57,179 nt of DNA. Source: Planctomycetota bacterium (GTDB taxonomy: Bacteria > Planctomycetota > B15-G4 > JADJEK01). The stretch lies in NCBI GenBank assembly GCA_044225365.1, contig JBGAIQ010000035.1, positions 1-57,179 on the forward strand, read 5' to 3'. Under the pieces are notes generated by a model. That model was given only the letters and a program-made list of their open reading frames with translations. It searched no databases and was not told the DNA's origin. Shown here piece after piece: positions 10,492 through 20,136 of the stretch. Made by a program: the position numbers and the translations under genes. Position 1 is the first letter of the stretch, and the number at the start of each line of letters is the position of its first letter.

Positions 10492-12338
10492 CACCAGTCC
10501 TGGGCTTCCGCGGCGCGACTGCGCGCGGCGCGCTTCTTGTCGAACGCGAGCCGCCGCCGCTCGTACTCGCGAACGATCTCCTCGATCGTACCGCCGAGCT
10601 TCGCGGCCGAAGCATTGGGATCGCCTCCACTCGACTCGTTGCCCGGCGCATCCGTTCCATCGCCGTTGGGAGACGGCGGCTTCCCGCCCGGATTGGCCTC
10701 CGAACGCGGTGGAGCCTGACCTGCGTGCTTCGAGCTGCGCGACGGATCGTGTTCGTCCTGGCCCTGCGTGTCCGCAGGATCGGCCTGCGGCTCCGATCCA
10801 CCCGGACCGCCATGATCCTTCGATTCGAGCCAACGCCGCGTCACGAGCTCGAGATCGCGCGCCGCGCGGACGGATTGAGCATCGTCGAGGGAATCGCCGA
10901 GCGCGCCCACGGCGAGCAGGAAGTGCTGTCGCGCGGCCGCGAGCAGTTCGGTCTCCTTCGGCGTCCCCTTCGCGGCTTCCGCCGCCTTCGCGAGCGTGAT
11001 TCCGGCGCCATAGTTCGAAGCGCGCAAGACCGTCGGGTCGGTCGCCTCCTTCGACAAGCGGTCGAATGCGGAGACCGCGGCGGCGAGATCCTCCGCATTT
11101 CCGCGCCCGCCCGATTCGTAGAGCGCCGCGGCGAGATCGAACTCGATGCGATCGCGCGCCGTCCCGGTCGTCGACAACGCCGCCTGGCGATACAGCGGGA
11201 TCGCGGCCGCCGAGTCGTTCGCCCGATGGAGGCGCAAGGCCGCGAGCCACTGTTCGCCCGGAGGCACCGCGCCCACGCAGACGATCGCGACGCCGGCGAG
11301 CGCAAGAGGAGCCGCCCGCGATCGGCGTCGCGGTTGGGCTTCGGAGGACGGTCGCGAGAGTCGCTCTGCCGTGAGCAATAGGAGTGCGAGGATCGCGAGG
11401 ATGCGGAATCGATCGACCGGCGCGCGACCCCGGAACGGAGTCCCTCGACTGGGATCGCCCCCTGCCGTCGCGAGCGGCCCGCTCTCGCGCGCGTTCCACC
11501 CGCTCGGCGCACTCGGGCCATCGATCTCCACGCAGGTCGCGAACGTCGTACGAGAGAGGCGAGCGAGGAGGCCCGCCTCCGCACGCGAGATCACGGGACG
11601 GCCCAATGCATCGACGACGAATCCGTCGCCGTCCTGGTCGCCGACGGGAACCGCGCCCCCCACCTTGGTGCCGATGACGATGGAATGGACCCGAATCCTT
11701 CGATTCCTCGCGTCCGCGATCGCGGCCTCGAGACCCGCGGCGTCCTTGGAATTCTCTCCATCGCTGACGACGAGCACGGTGCCCACGCCCGATTGCGCGA
11801 GCATGGAGAGCGCCCGTGCGATCCCCGCGCCGATCGCCGTTCCGCCCGTGGTCTCGAGCGCAGGTGACACGTCGTGCAGCAGCGAGCGAAAACCAGCACG
11901 GTCCCGCGTCAGCGGACACGCGACCCGTGCCGCGCCCGCGAACGCGACGAGTCCCACTCGCGAGAACTCCGGCCGCGCGACGAGCGCCTCGATCTCCTCG
12001 CGCGCCCGATCGAGCCGACTCTTGCCGACGTCCTCGACCCACATGGAGCGCGACGCATCGAGCGCGATCACGAGATCCTGCTGCGGCTCGGAGTCCTCGC
12101 TTTCCGCATCGCCGACGAGCGGCCCGGCCGCGGCGACGACGAGGAGAAGGACGGCAACCGTGGGCAGCATCCACGCCGACGCGGCCCTCGCGACGCTCGC
12201 CCCCCGCACGCCCGAGAATGCGACGAGATTCGCGACGGCGCGTCGTCGCGCCACGATCTCGAATGCCGCCACGAGCGGGACGAGACACAGCGCGACGAGC
12301 CACTCCGGCCGCGCGAATTCGAGGAGAGGCGCGCTCAC
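10491..12338 (-). CDS. batB: BatB-like VWA protein fused to TPR/BatC-like C-terminus ending in QDW
   Basis: GTG overlaps the batA stop; FARPEWL, MIDAS DASRSM, GLVAFAG.A...PLT.D, SDGE; TPR-like helices and low-complexity tail. Confidence 0.8.
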   Translation of the reverse strand: MSAPLLEFARPEWLVALCLVPLVAAFEIVARRRAVANLVAFSGVRGASVARAASAWMLPTVAVLLLVVAAAGPLVGDAESEDSEPQQDLVIALDASRSMWVEDVGKSRLDRAREEIEALVARPEFSRVGLVAFAGAARVACPLTRDRAGFRSLLHDVSPALETTGGTAIGAGIARALSMLAQSGVGTVLVVSDGENSKDAAGLEAAIADARNRRIRVHSIVIGTKVGGAVPVGDQDGDGFVVDALGRPVISRAEAGLLARLSRTTFATCVEIDGPSAPSGWNARESGPLATAGGDPSRGTPFRGRAPVDRFRILAILALLLLTAERLSRPSSEAQPRRRSRAAPLALAGVAIVCVGAVPPGEQWLAALRLHRANDSAAAIPLYRQAALSTTGTARDRIEFDLAAALYESGGRGNAEDLAAAVSAFDRLSKEATDPTVLRASNYGAGITLAKAAEAAKGTPKETELLAAARQHFLLAVGALGDSLDDAQSVRAARDLELVTRRWLESKDHGGPGGSEPQADPADTQGQDEHDPSRSSKHAGQAPPRSEANPGGKPPSPNGDGTDAPGNESSGGDPNASAAKLGGTIEEIVREYERRRLAFDKKRAARSRAAEAQDW

Positions 12339-13255
12339 GGCGCTCCTCCCGGGAAGCTCGCACGCAAGAGCGCATCGCACAGGACGAGCAACACCGCGAC
12401 GAGGAGGAATGCGCCCTGCGCGTCGGCGTACGACGTCACGCGTTGCTCGCGCGCGTCGGTCTTCTCGAGTGCGTCGATCGAGCGGTAAACCTGCGAGAGC
12501 GAACTCTGGTCGTAGGCGACGTAGCCCTTGCCGCCCGTCTTCATCGCGATCGCGTCGAGGCCCTCCGCACTGCCGCTCGCGCCGCGGCCGGCCGCGATCG
12601 TGTAGAGCCGGATGCCCTTGGTTGCGAGGTACTCCGCGCCCGAAGCCGGCGTCACGTCGTTCACTCGTTCTTCCCCATCGGTGAGGAGTACGATGACCTT
12701 GGAAGAAGCGTCCGACGAGGCGAGTTGCTGCGCGGCCGCAGCGAGTGCGACGCCGATCGCCGTGCTGTCCTCCTCGGAATTGGGACGAACGGCGTGGAGT
12801 TCGTCGAGGCGTTCGAGCAGGGCCCCGTGATCGCGCGTGACCGGACACGCGACACGCGGATAGAGCGCGAACGACAGGAGACCGATCCGATCGAGTGGGC
12901 GCGATTCGACGAACTTCCGCACCACGGGTCGCACCACGTCGATCCGCGAGAGTTCGGCGCCGAAGTCCCGCAGCAGCATCGACGACGAACAATCGAGTAC
13001 GAGCTCGATGTCGATGCCGCGTTCCACGTCCACGCGCGTCGCGCGGCCGAATCGCGGTCCCATCGACGCCACGACGAGGAACACGAGAGAGAGAGGCATG
13101 AGAGCGCGGGAAAAGGGGAGGAGACGCCGCCGCAGCGAGGCGCGAATCGCGCCCCCCACGGCGAACGAGAACGGCACCGCGCGCGCGCGGGACTTCACCC
13201 ACAGCCAGGCGAGCGGAACGAGGACGAGCGCGAAGTAGGGCGTCGAGAACTTCAT
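12335..13255 (-). CDS. batA: BatA-like VWA domain protein
   Basis: GIDIELVLDCSSSM, DRIGLLSFA, TAIGVALA, SKVIVLLTDGE, Y..IDALEK. Confidence 0.85.
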   Translation of the reverse strand: MKFSTPYFALVLVPLAWLWVKSRARAVPFSFAVGGAIRASLRRRLLPFSRALMPLSLVFLVVASMGPRFGRATRVDVERGIDIELVLDCSSSMLLRDFGAELSRIDVVRPVVRKFVESRPLDRIGLLSFALYPRVACPVTRDHGALLERLDELHAVRPNSEEDSTAIGVALAAAAQQLASSDASSKVIVLLTDGEERVNDVTPASGAEYLATKGIRLYTIAAGRGASGSAEGLDAIAMKTGGKGYVAYDQSSLSQVYRSIDALEKTDAREQRVTSYADAQGAFLLVAVLLVLCDALLRASFPGGAP

Positions 13256-14223
13256 GCCGCTGCCCCTGCCTCGGCCGCGCGAGCGACCGCCGCTGCCGGA
13301 AGCGGCCCGATCCACGCGATCGCACGATCGGCTGCATCGAGTGCGATCCGAGCGCGAGCACGGTCGAGCTTCGCCCCGCCGTACTTCACCTCGTCGGCGA
13401 GTTCGAGCAGGAGCGCGACATCGCCGTCCTTCTCGAGATCGAGTTCCTCGAGTCGGCGCGTGAGCTCCTCGGTCGTACGCCGGCTCGCAGGGAGACGGAG
13501 CCGCTCGGCAAGTGCCCCGCGTACGGCGCTCGCGGCCTCGATCGCGGTCCGCGATGCGATCTCGTTGCCTTCCGCGCTCCCCTGTTCGAGGAGTTCGAGT
13601 TGCTGGCGTAGCCGCGCGAGGACCGCGAGCGTTCCGGGAAACGGCGCGCTCGCGTGGATCGGTGCAGCGGTGGGAAGCCGCCGCGCGGCGAGTCTCCTGC
13701 GCCGTACGACGAAGAGGATCGCGGCGAGCGCGAGTCCCAGGAAGGCCACCACCGACGATCCCCGCGAGCGCTTCTCGGGATCGAAGAGATCGAACGCGTC
13801 GTCGAGTGCAGTCGGTGGTTTGCCGCCCTCGCCGCGCGAAGCGACCGTGATCCGCAGGGGCTCGGTGCGCAGCGCCTCCCGACTCCCGTCCGCGCGCTGC
13901 AGCGAACACTCGATCGCCGGGAGCACGACGTCACCCGAGATCGCGGGCAGGACTTCGTAGCGTCGGGAGGCGACGCTCGCTTCACCTCCGCCATCGCGAT
14001 GCGAAACGAAGAGCACGGCTCCGCGATCGATCGGCGCGTCGGGAAACGTCACGCGATCACCCGCCTCGATTCGACAAGAGACGTCGATCTCGAAGGGGCG
14101 GCCGACGGCGAGATCCCCATTGCTCGACACTCGTACTTCGGGCGCCTTCGATGCCGTGGCGCCGTACGACGCCGCGGAGAAGGCGGAGGACGAGATCGCG
14201 ATCGCGACGAGAAAACGCATCAT
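13252..14223 (-). CDS. Bat-operon membrane protein (signal peptide, Ig-like domain, TM, C-terminal helical domain)
   Basis: TTEEL...ADEVKY motif typical of the gene between DUF58 and batA; ATGA overlaps on both sides. Confidence 0.7.
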   Translation of the reverse strand: MMRFLVAIAISSSAFSAASYGATASKAPEVRVSSNGDLAVGRPFEIDVSCRIEAGDRVTFPDAPIDRGAVLFVSHRDGGGEASVASRRYEVLPAISGDVVLPAIECSLQRADGSREALRTEPLRITVASRGEGGKPPTALDDAFDLFDPEKRSRGSSVVAFLGLALAAILFVVRRRRLAARRLPTAAPIHASAPFPGTLAVLARLRQQLELLEQGSAEGNEIASRTAIEAASAVRGALAERLRLPASRRTTEELTRRLEELDLEKDGDVALLLELADEVKYGGAKLDRARARIALDAADRAIAWIGPLPAAAVARAAEAGAAA

Positions 14224-15119
14224 CGAAGCCCCCTTCGACGCGCTTCGATGAACGCGAAGAATGCGGCGAAGTTCTCGTCGGACGTCTGCAGCGAGAATCC
14301 CTCGATCCCCGCATCCCGGAGCAACTCCTGGTGGCGCTCGGCGCGTTCCTTCGCGCGAGCCGCGTACTCCGCGCGCTCGGTCGCACTACCGGCGTCGAGC
14401 GCGAAGGTCCTTCGCGTCTTGGGATCCTCGAGGACGACGACGCCCGAGCCTTCGAGCCGCTCCTCGCGCGGATCGACGATGCGCACCGCGATCACCTCGT
14501 GGCGGAATCGCAGCCGCCCGAGCACGGGCAGCGGCGGTGGCTCGTGGAAGTCCGAGACGAGGAAGAGGAGACTGCGGCGCTTCAGGAGTCGATCGAGTCG
14601 TTCCGCGAGGTCGGCCCATGCGATGCGGGGTTCGCTGCGCCTCGCGGTGACGAGGCTGCGCAGGAATCGATCCGCGGTGCCGCGCTCGCGGCGCGGCGCG
14701 AGTTCGAGCGGAGAGGCGTTCCCGAACTCGACGAGCCCGATGCGCTCGCGAAGGAACGAGGTGACGAATGCAAGGATCACGGCGAGCGTCGCGGCGGAAT
14801 CCTCTTTCGCCATCGACGAGGGTCCGCCGGAACCGAATCGCATGGAGCCAGAGCGATCGACCGCGACGATGACATCGCGCTCGCGCGTCGTCACGAATCG
14901 CTTCACGAAGGGCCTGCCGGCGCGCGCGGTCACGTTCCAATCGATCGCGCGAACGTCGTCCCCGTAGGCGTATTCACGTACGGCGTCGAATTCGATCCCG
15001 GTCCCGCGGAACAACGAACGCGTCTCCCCGGCGAGCACGCGCGCGACGAGGCGACGGCTCTTCAACTCGATGCGGCGGGCTCGCCGCAGGATGGCATCAC
15101 GTTTCTCGAGGGATTCCAC
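14220..15119 (-). CDS. DUF58 family VWA-like protein
   Basis: FRGTGIEFDAVREYAYGDDVRAIDWNVTAR, DRSGSM, VSDF. Confidence 0.92.
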   Translation of the reverse strand: MESLEKRDAILRRARRIELKSRRLVARVLAGETRSLFRGTGIEFDAVREYAYGDDVRAIDWNVTARAGRPFVKRFVTTRERDVIVAVDRSGSMRFGSGGPSSMAKEDSAATLAVILAFVTSFLRERIGLVEFGNASPLELAPRRERGTADRFLRSLVTARRSEPRIAWADLAERLDRLLKRRSLLFLVSDFHEPPPLPVLGRLRFRHEVIAVRIVDPREERLEGSGVVVLEDPKTRRTFALDAGSATERAEYAARAKERAERHQELLRDAGIEGFSLQTSDENFAAFFAFIEARRRGLR

Positions 15120-15205
15120 GGTCCGCGTAACGATAGGTGATGGCGCAGGTTCGACGTCGTTCGAATGTTTCGCCGCTGGGGTCGCCAGCGTTCACGGTGG
15201 CCGGA

Positions 15206-16189
15206 TCAGGGCACCTCGACCCGATCGAGCACCCGCGCGATGAGAGAATCGGCATCGAGCCCGTCGGCTTCGGCGTCGTAGGACAGGAGGACGCGATGAC
15301 GCAAAACGTCGGTCGCCACCTCCTTGACGTCGGACGGCGCGGCGAAGGCCTTTCCCCGCAGCAATGCGTTCGCGCGGGCGGCGAGCACCAAGGCGATCGA
15401 TGCGCGCGGCGACGCGCCGCAGCGAATCGCGCGGGCGAGTTCGGGGAGTTGGATGCTCGCAGGATCGCGCGTCCCGCGCACGATGTCGAGAGCGTACGCG
15501 ATGAGACGAGGCTCGACGTGGATCGTGTCGACGAGCCTCCGCGCGGAGAGGAGTTGCGCGGCGCTCGCGACGGGAGTCGCCTGGACGCGAGCGCTGGTCC
15601 GCGCCATCGCCTCGACGATGCGGGCCTCGTCCTCGCGACTCGGATACGTCACGACCACTTTGAAAAGGAACCGATCGAGCCCCGCTTCGGGCAGATCGTA
15701 GGTACCTTCCTGTTCGATCGGGTTCTGCGTCGCGAGTACGTGAAACGGTTCGGCAAGCGGATGCGTCTCGTCGCCGATCGTGACCTGTCGCTCCTGCATC
15801 GCTTCTAGGAGCGCAGAATGGACTTTCGCCGGCGCACGATTCACCTCGTCGGCGAGCACGAGGTTCGTGAAGATCGGGCCCTTCTTGGTCTCGAATCGGC
15901 CGGTCGCGGGCTGGTAGACCAGCGTGCCGACGATGTCCGCCGGTAAGAGATCGGGGGTGAACTGGATCCGCCGCCAATCGAGTCCGGTGGCATTCGCGAG
16001 CGCTTCCACCGCGAGCGACTTCGCGAGCCCGGGAACTCCCTCGACGAGGATGTGTCCGCCGGTGAGCAATCCGAGCACCATTCGGCGAACGAGGTGATCC
16101 TGGCCGAGGACGACCTTCGACACTTCCGACAGCACGCGACCGATGACCGCCGATTCGCGTTCGACTTGTTCCGCTGCGATCGTCGACAT
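15206..16189 (-). CDS. moxR: MoxR family AAA+ ATPase
   Basis: GHILVEGVPGLAKS, RIQFTPDLLPADIVG, LADEVNRAPAKV.SALLEAMQE, ATQNPIEQEGTY.LPEA.LDRF. Confidence 0.95.
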   Translation of the reverse strand: MSTIAAEQVERESAVIGRVLSEVSKVVLGQDHLVRRMVLGLLTGGHILVEGVPGLAKSLAVEALANATGLDWRRIQFTPDLLPADIVGTLVYQPATGRFETKKGPIFTNLVLADEVNRAPAKVHSALLEAMQERQVTIGDETHPLAEPFHVLATQNPIEQEGTYDLPEAGLDRFLFKVVVTYPSREDEARIVEAMARTSARVQATPVASAAQLLSARRLVDTIHVEPRLIAYALDIVRGTRDPASIQLPELARAIRCGASPRASIALVLAARANALLRGKAFAAPSDVKEVATDVLRHRVLLSYDAEADGLDADSLIARVLDRVEVP

Positions 16190-16194
16190 ACGGC

Positions 16195-19158
16195 TCAGGC
16201 CCCGGCCGCCCGCGCGGCCGCGAGTCCTTCGAGTCGTTCCTTGGCGATCTCGAGTTGCTCCTTCGTCGCGAACCGCCCCGGCGGGACGATCTCCGCGTGG
16301 AACCGGGCCGCGAGTCGCACCGTCGCGCCGTAGCGCACGTACCATCGCTCGTCGGCAAGCGCCTTCACGAGTGCGGCATTCGACGGGACACCTCCGCGAT
16401 CGAGGCTCGCCGCATCGAGCGCGACCGCGAACCAATCGTCGCCGGAGCGATCGGACTGACCGTTCCCACGCTGACTGAATTGCGCGAACTTCTCGCCTCC
16501 TTCGCAACAGAACACCATCTCGAGACTGTCGCGTGCGCGCTCGACCGTCGGATCCTTCTCGAGAACGGCGAGCAAAGGGGGTACGGCGGAAGTGTCGAAA
16601 CGCTGGGCCAGCAGGTACGCGATCTCCGGGCGCTTCATCTCCTCGACGTTCGCGAGCAGTTCGCGGAGCGCCGCCGTAGCCTCCGCTCCCGGGACATCGG
16701 CGAGCGATTCGAGCGCCGCTGTGCGCCGCTCGGGTGCAGCGACCGGATTCGCGGCGACGCGGGAGAGCTCTCCGATCGCCGACGTATCGCCGCGCCGCGC
16801 GAGCCCGCGCAGGGCGGCCGCCACCTCGGGAAGGGCAGCGGCGTCGTTGTCCCCGAGGATCGCGACGAGGGTCGATGCCGCGTCCGGCGCACTCGACACG
16901 CCGAGCGCCTCGACCGCGATCCGGTGCAGGGGACTCGCCTTGTCCTTCACGAGGTCGGCGACGAGTGCACGCGACGCAGGATCGGTATTGCGAGCGGCGG
17001 CGAGTACGGCTTCGCGGCGCACGCGTGCGTCGACGTCGGAAAGGAGCGGTTTCAGGTCCTCGACGCTCGCGAGGTCGGGATGCCGGCGCGCGGCCGCGAG
17101 AGCGGCGAGTCGCAACGCGCTCGTCTCCGACCGCAGGGCCGCGCGCACCGCGGCTGGACTCGCGAGGAGATCGCCGAGATAGGGTGCGGCTTCGACTCCG
17201 TACTTCCCGGCGCACGCCGTCGCGACAATCGTGGACAGCTCGAGGTCGTTCTTTGCCGCCGTGAGCTTCAGGAGCATCAACCAAGCGCCCTCGACCACCG
17301 GCTCGCCATCGAGTCCGCCGACCAACATCTTGATGTGGGACGGCGTGAGCGCGGAGACGTACGCCGGATCGCGCAAGAGAACGCCGAGCGCCTCGCATCG
17401 ATTCGCCACCGACAACTGCGGGAGCACGATGACCAGATTGCGCGTGAATCGCTCCACCCGGTCCTCCGGCCGCGAGTCCGCGCCGTAGAACTTCGATTCC
17501 GTGGTGTAGAACGCCGCGAACTCCGCACGCGCTCCGAGCCAGAACGTCTGCCAGTGATTGCGATCCGCGATCTGCGACAGCAGTGCTTCGACCTTCTCGA
17601 AGTCGGGATCGCTCACGGCGCCGATCGCCGACGTCCGCTCCCTGTTCTCGATGCGGGCCGACAGCACCCGGAAGCCGCCGGATGAGACTCTCTCGGGAAC
17701 CGCGCTGCGACCGCGCAGCACTCCCGCGTCCCTGATCGCGGTGGCGAGCTGCAGCATCGTCGCGGCGTCGACGAAGATCGATCGCTCACCCGCCGAGGTC
17801 GCGTCCTTGGGCGGCGCCTTGGCGAGTTCGGTGTCGGGAACGATCACCAGCATCTGGTCCGGGCCCGTCGCCTCGACACCCTTTCGAGTGTAGGTGACGA
17901 CGAGGTTCGCGACATCGTCGACGATCGCGTCGGGAGAGAGGTCGCGGCGAATTCGCGGAGTCGCACCGCCACCGAGCCAGGCCTCGCGCCACTTCGTGAG
18001 ATCGGTGCCGAGATCGATCCCGGTGAGTCGCTTCAACCGGGTCGCGCTCATGTCGAGCAGGGGAATCGCATCCTTGAAGTACTCGCCGCGCAGGAATGTC
18101 TCCACGATCGCGGGAACGACCTGGGATTGCAGGAGGTCTTCCGATTTCGGGTCGGCACTGCGAGCAGCGACGTGGGAGAGCGCGATCGCCGCCGAGACTC
18201 GCACCAACGGGTCGAGTGATCGCAATCGCGTCGTGAACTGCGGTATGCGATCCTCGCGCAGGATCGGCGTGTTGTAGCGCTCCTCGATCTCGGCGAGCGT
18301 GAGCAGCGCCCACAGGTCCTTGCGCGTCGGCTGCTCCTCGAGCGCGAGACCCACGAGCTCGGCGATGAGCGCGTCGTTCTTGTGAGTCGCGATCCAGTCG
18401 GTGACCTTGCGCGCGAGCGCCGACGAACTGTCGCCGAGGAGACGCATCGCCTCGACTTCGAGGCCCGGAGCGTCGAGCTTCTCCAGCATCGTGAACGCTT
18501 CGAGGCGAGTCTTCTCCTGGTCGCTCGAGAGGAGTGCGCGGACACCCGGGATGGACTCCGCGCGCAGATGCCGCGACAAGGCGTTCAGCGAGTGACGTCG
18601 CAGGTTGGCGTTGCGCGAATTCGCATTGGCGAGCGCAGCCTTCTCGGCGTCATCGACGGAAAGGCGATACGCGGCTTCGTAGAGCACCTGCGCCTGATCG
18701 ACGGCTCTCGGCTCCGCGAGGAGCGTCGTGATGCGGGGAGCGGATTCGACGTCCTTCAGATCCGCGAGGGCGATCGCGGCCCCGACTCGCGGTCCGAACT
18801 CGATGCCTTCGACCAGCGCACGCAAGGGCGGGACGACGCTCGGGCCCGCAACGACGAGACGGGTGATCGCTTCCTTGGCCGCGGACGACGGATAGCGCGC
18901 AAGGTCCTTCTTCGCGCGCTGCACCATGCCTTCCGGGGTACTCCCCTGGACGTCCGCTTCCTTCAGCATCTCTGGCGGGAGTTCGATCTCCGGCTTCGCC
19001 TTCTTGCCCTGCCCGCTGCCCCCCGTCGTGCCGCCAGAGGTTTGCCCTCGCGCGGCGGACCCGAGGACGTCGAGACCTCCGATCGCGACGAGGGTCCAGG
19101 CCAAGAGGGCGTAGCGGCCCGAAGAGGAGACCAAGCGACGCTGGTTGCGCATCGACAT
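16195..19158 (-). CDS. Large exported HEAT/PBS-lyase-repeat protein
   Basis: Signal-like N-terminus; repeated L.D.DP.VR..AA.AL units; LKRLTGIDLGTDLTKWREAW cap; ends 5 nt before moxR. Confidence 0.8.
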   Translation of the reverse strand: MSMRNQRRLVSSSGRYALLAWTLVAIGGLDVLGSAARGQTSGGTTGGSGQGKKAKPEIELPPEMLKEADVQGSTPEGMVQRAKKDLARYPSSAAKEAITRLVVAGPSVVPPLRALVEGIEFGPRVGAAIALADLKDVESAPRITTLLAEPRAVDQAQVLYEAAYRLSVDDAEKAALANANSRNANLRRHSLNALSRHLRAESIPGVRALLSSDQEKTRLEAFTMLEKLDAPGLEVEAMRLLGDSSSALARKVTDWIATHKNDALIAELVGLALEEQPTRKDLWALLTLAEIEERYNTPILREDRIPQFTTRLRSLDPLVRVSAAIALSHVAARSADPKSEDLLQSQVVPAIVETFLRGEYFKDAIPLLDMSATRLKRLTGIDLGTDLTKWREAWLGGGATPRIRRDLSPDAIVDDVANLVVTYTRKGVEATGPDQMLVIVPDTELAKAPPKDATSAGERSIFVDAATMLQLATAIRDAGVLRGRSAVPERVSSGGFRVLSARIENRERTSAIGAVSDPDFEKVEALLSQIADRNHWQTFWLGARAEFAAFYTTESKFYGADSRPEDRVERFTRNLVIVLPQLSVANRCEALGVLLRDPAYVSALTPSHIKMLVGGLDGEPVVEGAWLMLLKLTAAKNDLELSTIVATACAGKYGVEAAPYLGDLLASPAAVRAALRSETSALRLAALAAARRHPDLASVEDLKPLLSDVDARVRREAVLAAARNTDPASRALVADLVKDKASPLHRIAVEALGVSSAPDAASTLVAILGDNDAAALPEVAAALRGLARRGDTSAIGELSRVAANPVAAPERRTAALESLADVPGAEATAALRELLANVEEMKRPEIAYLLAQRFDTSAVPPLLAVLEKDPTVERARDSLEMVFCCEGGEKFAQFSQRGNGQSDRSGDDWFAVALDAASLDRGGVPSNAALVKALADERWYVRYGATVRLAARFHAEIVPPGRFATKEQLEIAKERLEGLAAARAAGA

Positions 19159-19629
19159 CAAGCCTTACCGTTTCCTCTGCCCCGACGCACCCCGCGCGAG
19201 GAACCAGTGGTCCTTCCACCGATCCTTCCACGAGGTCCCGCGCGGCGGCAGTGAATCTCACTACCGGGCCGTCCGTTCCGCGCGCAGCGCCCGCGGCATC
19301 GAAAATGGGCGCGCCCCATCGTATCCTGCGGCCTGCGCGAAGCAACGTGAGGGAACGCGCAGGAGCGGCGAAGGACGAACGGCGGTCTCGGGTCCACTTA
19401 CAGTTCCGTCGTAATCCGACGCTGAATTCGTGCCCGATTCCGCGATTGGACGCAAATTCGTCAGGATCGCGCAGCCTGCCCGTTCGTACCTTGATGGCAC
19501 TGCGGCGCGCAGCAACCTTCCGAATCGGATCTCGACTCGGCGCCCGGACGGTCTTGCGCCTCGAAGATCCCCCTCGCGGAACGTTCCGCGAGGCTACGCC
19601 CGCAGCCCCGTCCGTCGAGAAACCGATTC

Positions 19630-20061
19630 ATGCTTTCCCGTGCATTGGCCACCGTTTCGTTCCTCTCGCTCCTCGCAGTCCCCTGCCTCGCTGGCGGTGA
19701 CACGCCGAAGGCCGGCGGCAAGCCCGGCGCAACGAATCCGAGCAAGCCCGCCGAGAAGCCCGTGATGTGGGCCGTGGTCGAAGTGGGCAAGGACCACAAG
19801 GTCATGAAGGTCGACGAGATCGCGGACCTCAAGAAGAAGGAAGAAGCCGCCTACAAGGAAGCCCTCGCGAAGTACGAGGAGGCCAAGAAGGCTGCCACCG
19901 CCGCGAAGAAGCCTTTCAAGGAAGAAGCCCCGAAGCAGACGATGGTGAAGGTCCTGAAGGAGGACTTCAAGACCGAGGCCGAGGCGAAGGCTTATGCCAC
20001 GAAGGCCGAGAAGCCCGAGAAGAAGCCAGACTCGCCGGCGCCCAAGAAGAACGGCGGCTGA
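19630..20061 (+). CDS. Small secreted Lys/Glu/Ala-rich hypothetical protein
   Basis: Signal peptide MLSRALATVSFLSLLAVPCLA; strong AAG/GAG codon bias; followed by a hairpin. Confidence 0.8.
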   Translation: MLSRALATVSFLSLLAVPCLAGGDTPKAGGKPGATNPSKPAEKPVMWAVVEVGKDHKVMKVDEIADLKKKEEAAYKEALAKYEEAKKAATAAKKPFKEEAPKQTMVKVLKEDFKTEAEAKAYATKAEKPEKKPDSPAPKKNGG

Positions 20062-20085
20062 CCCCGGATCCGAGTGCGAACCTCG

Positions 20086-20132
20086 CGCCGTCCCGCACCC
20101 GAACGACGGGTCGCGGGACGGCGTTCTGCTTT
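20086..20132 (+). terminator. Hairpin terminator between convergent genes
   Basis: CGCCGTCCCGC-ACCCG-aacga-CGGGT-CGCGGGACGGCG followed by TTCTGCTTT. Confidence 0.55.
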
Positions 20133-20136
20133 CCGA

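Noticed and set aside
8809-17398. Very long ORF-track versions of batD, batB, batA and moxR
   Set aside because: Arg-rich extensions overlap upstream genes in other frames, as expected in stop-poor high-GC DNA; true starts are at the coupled overlaps.
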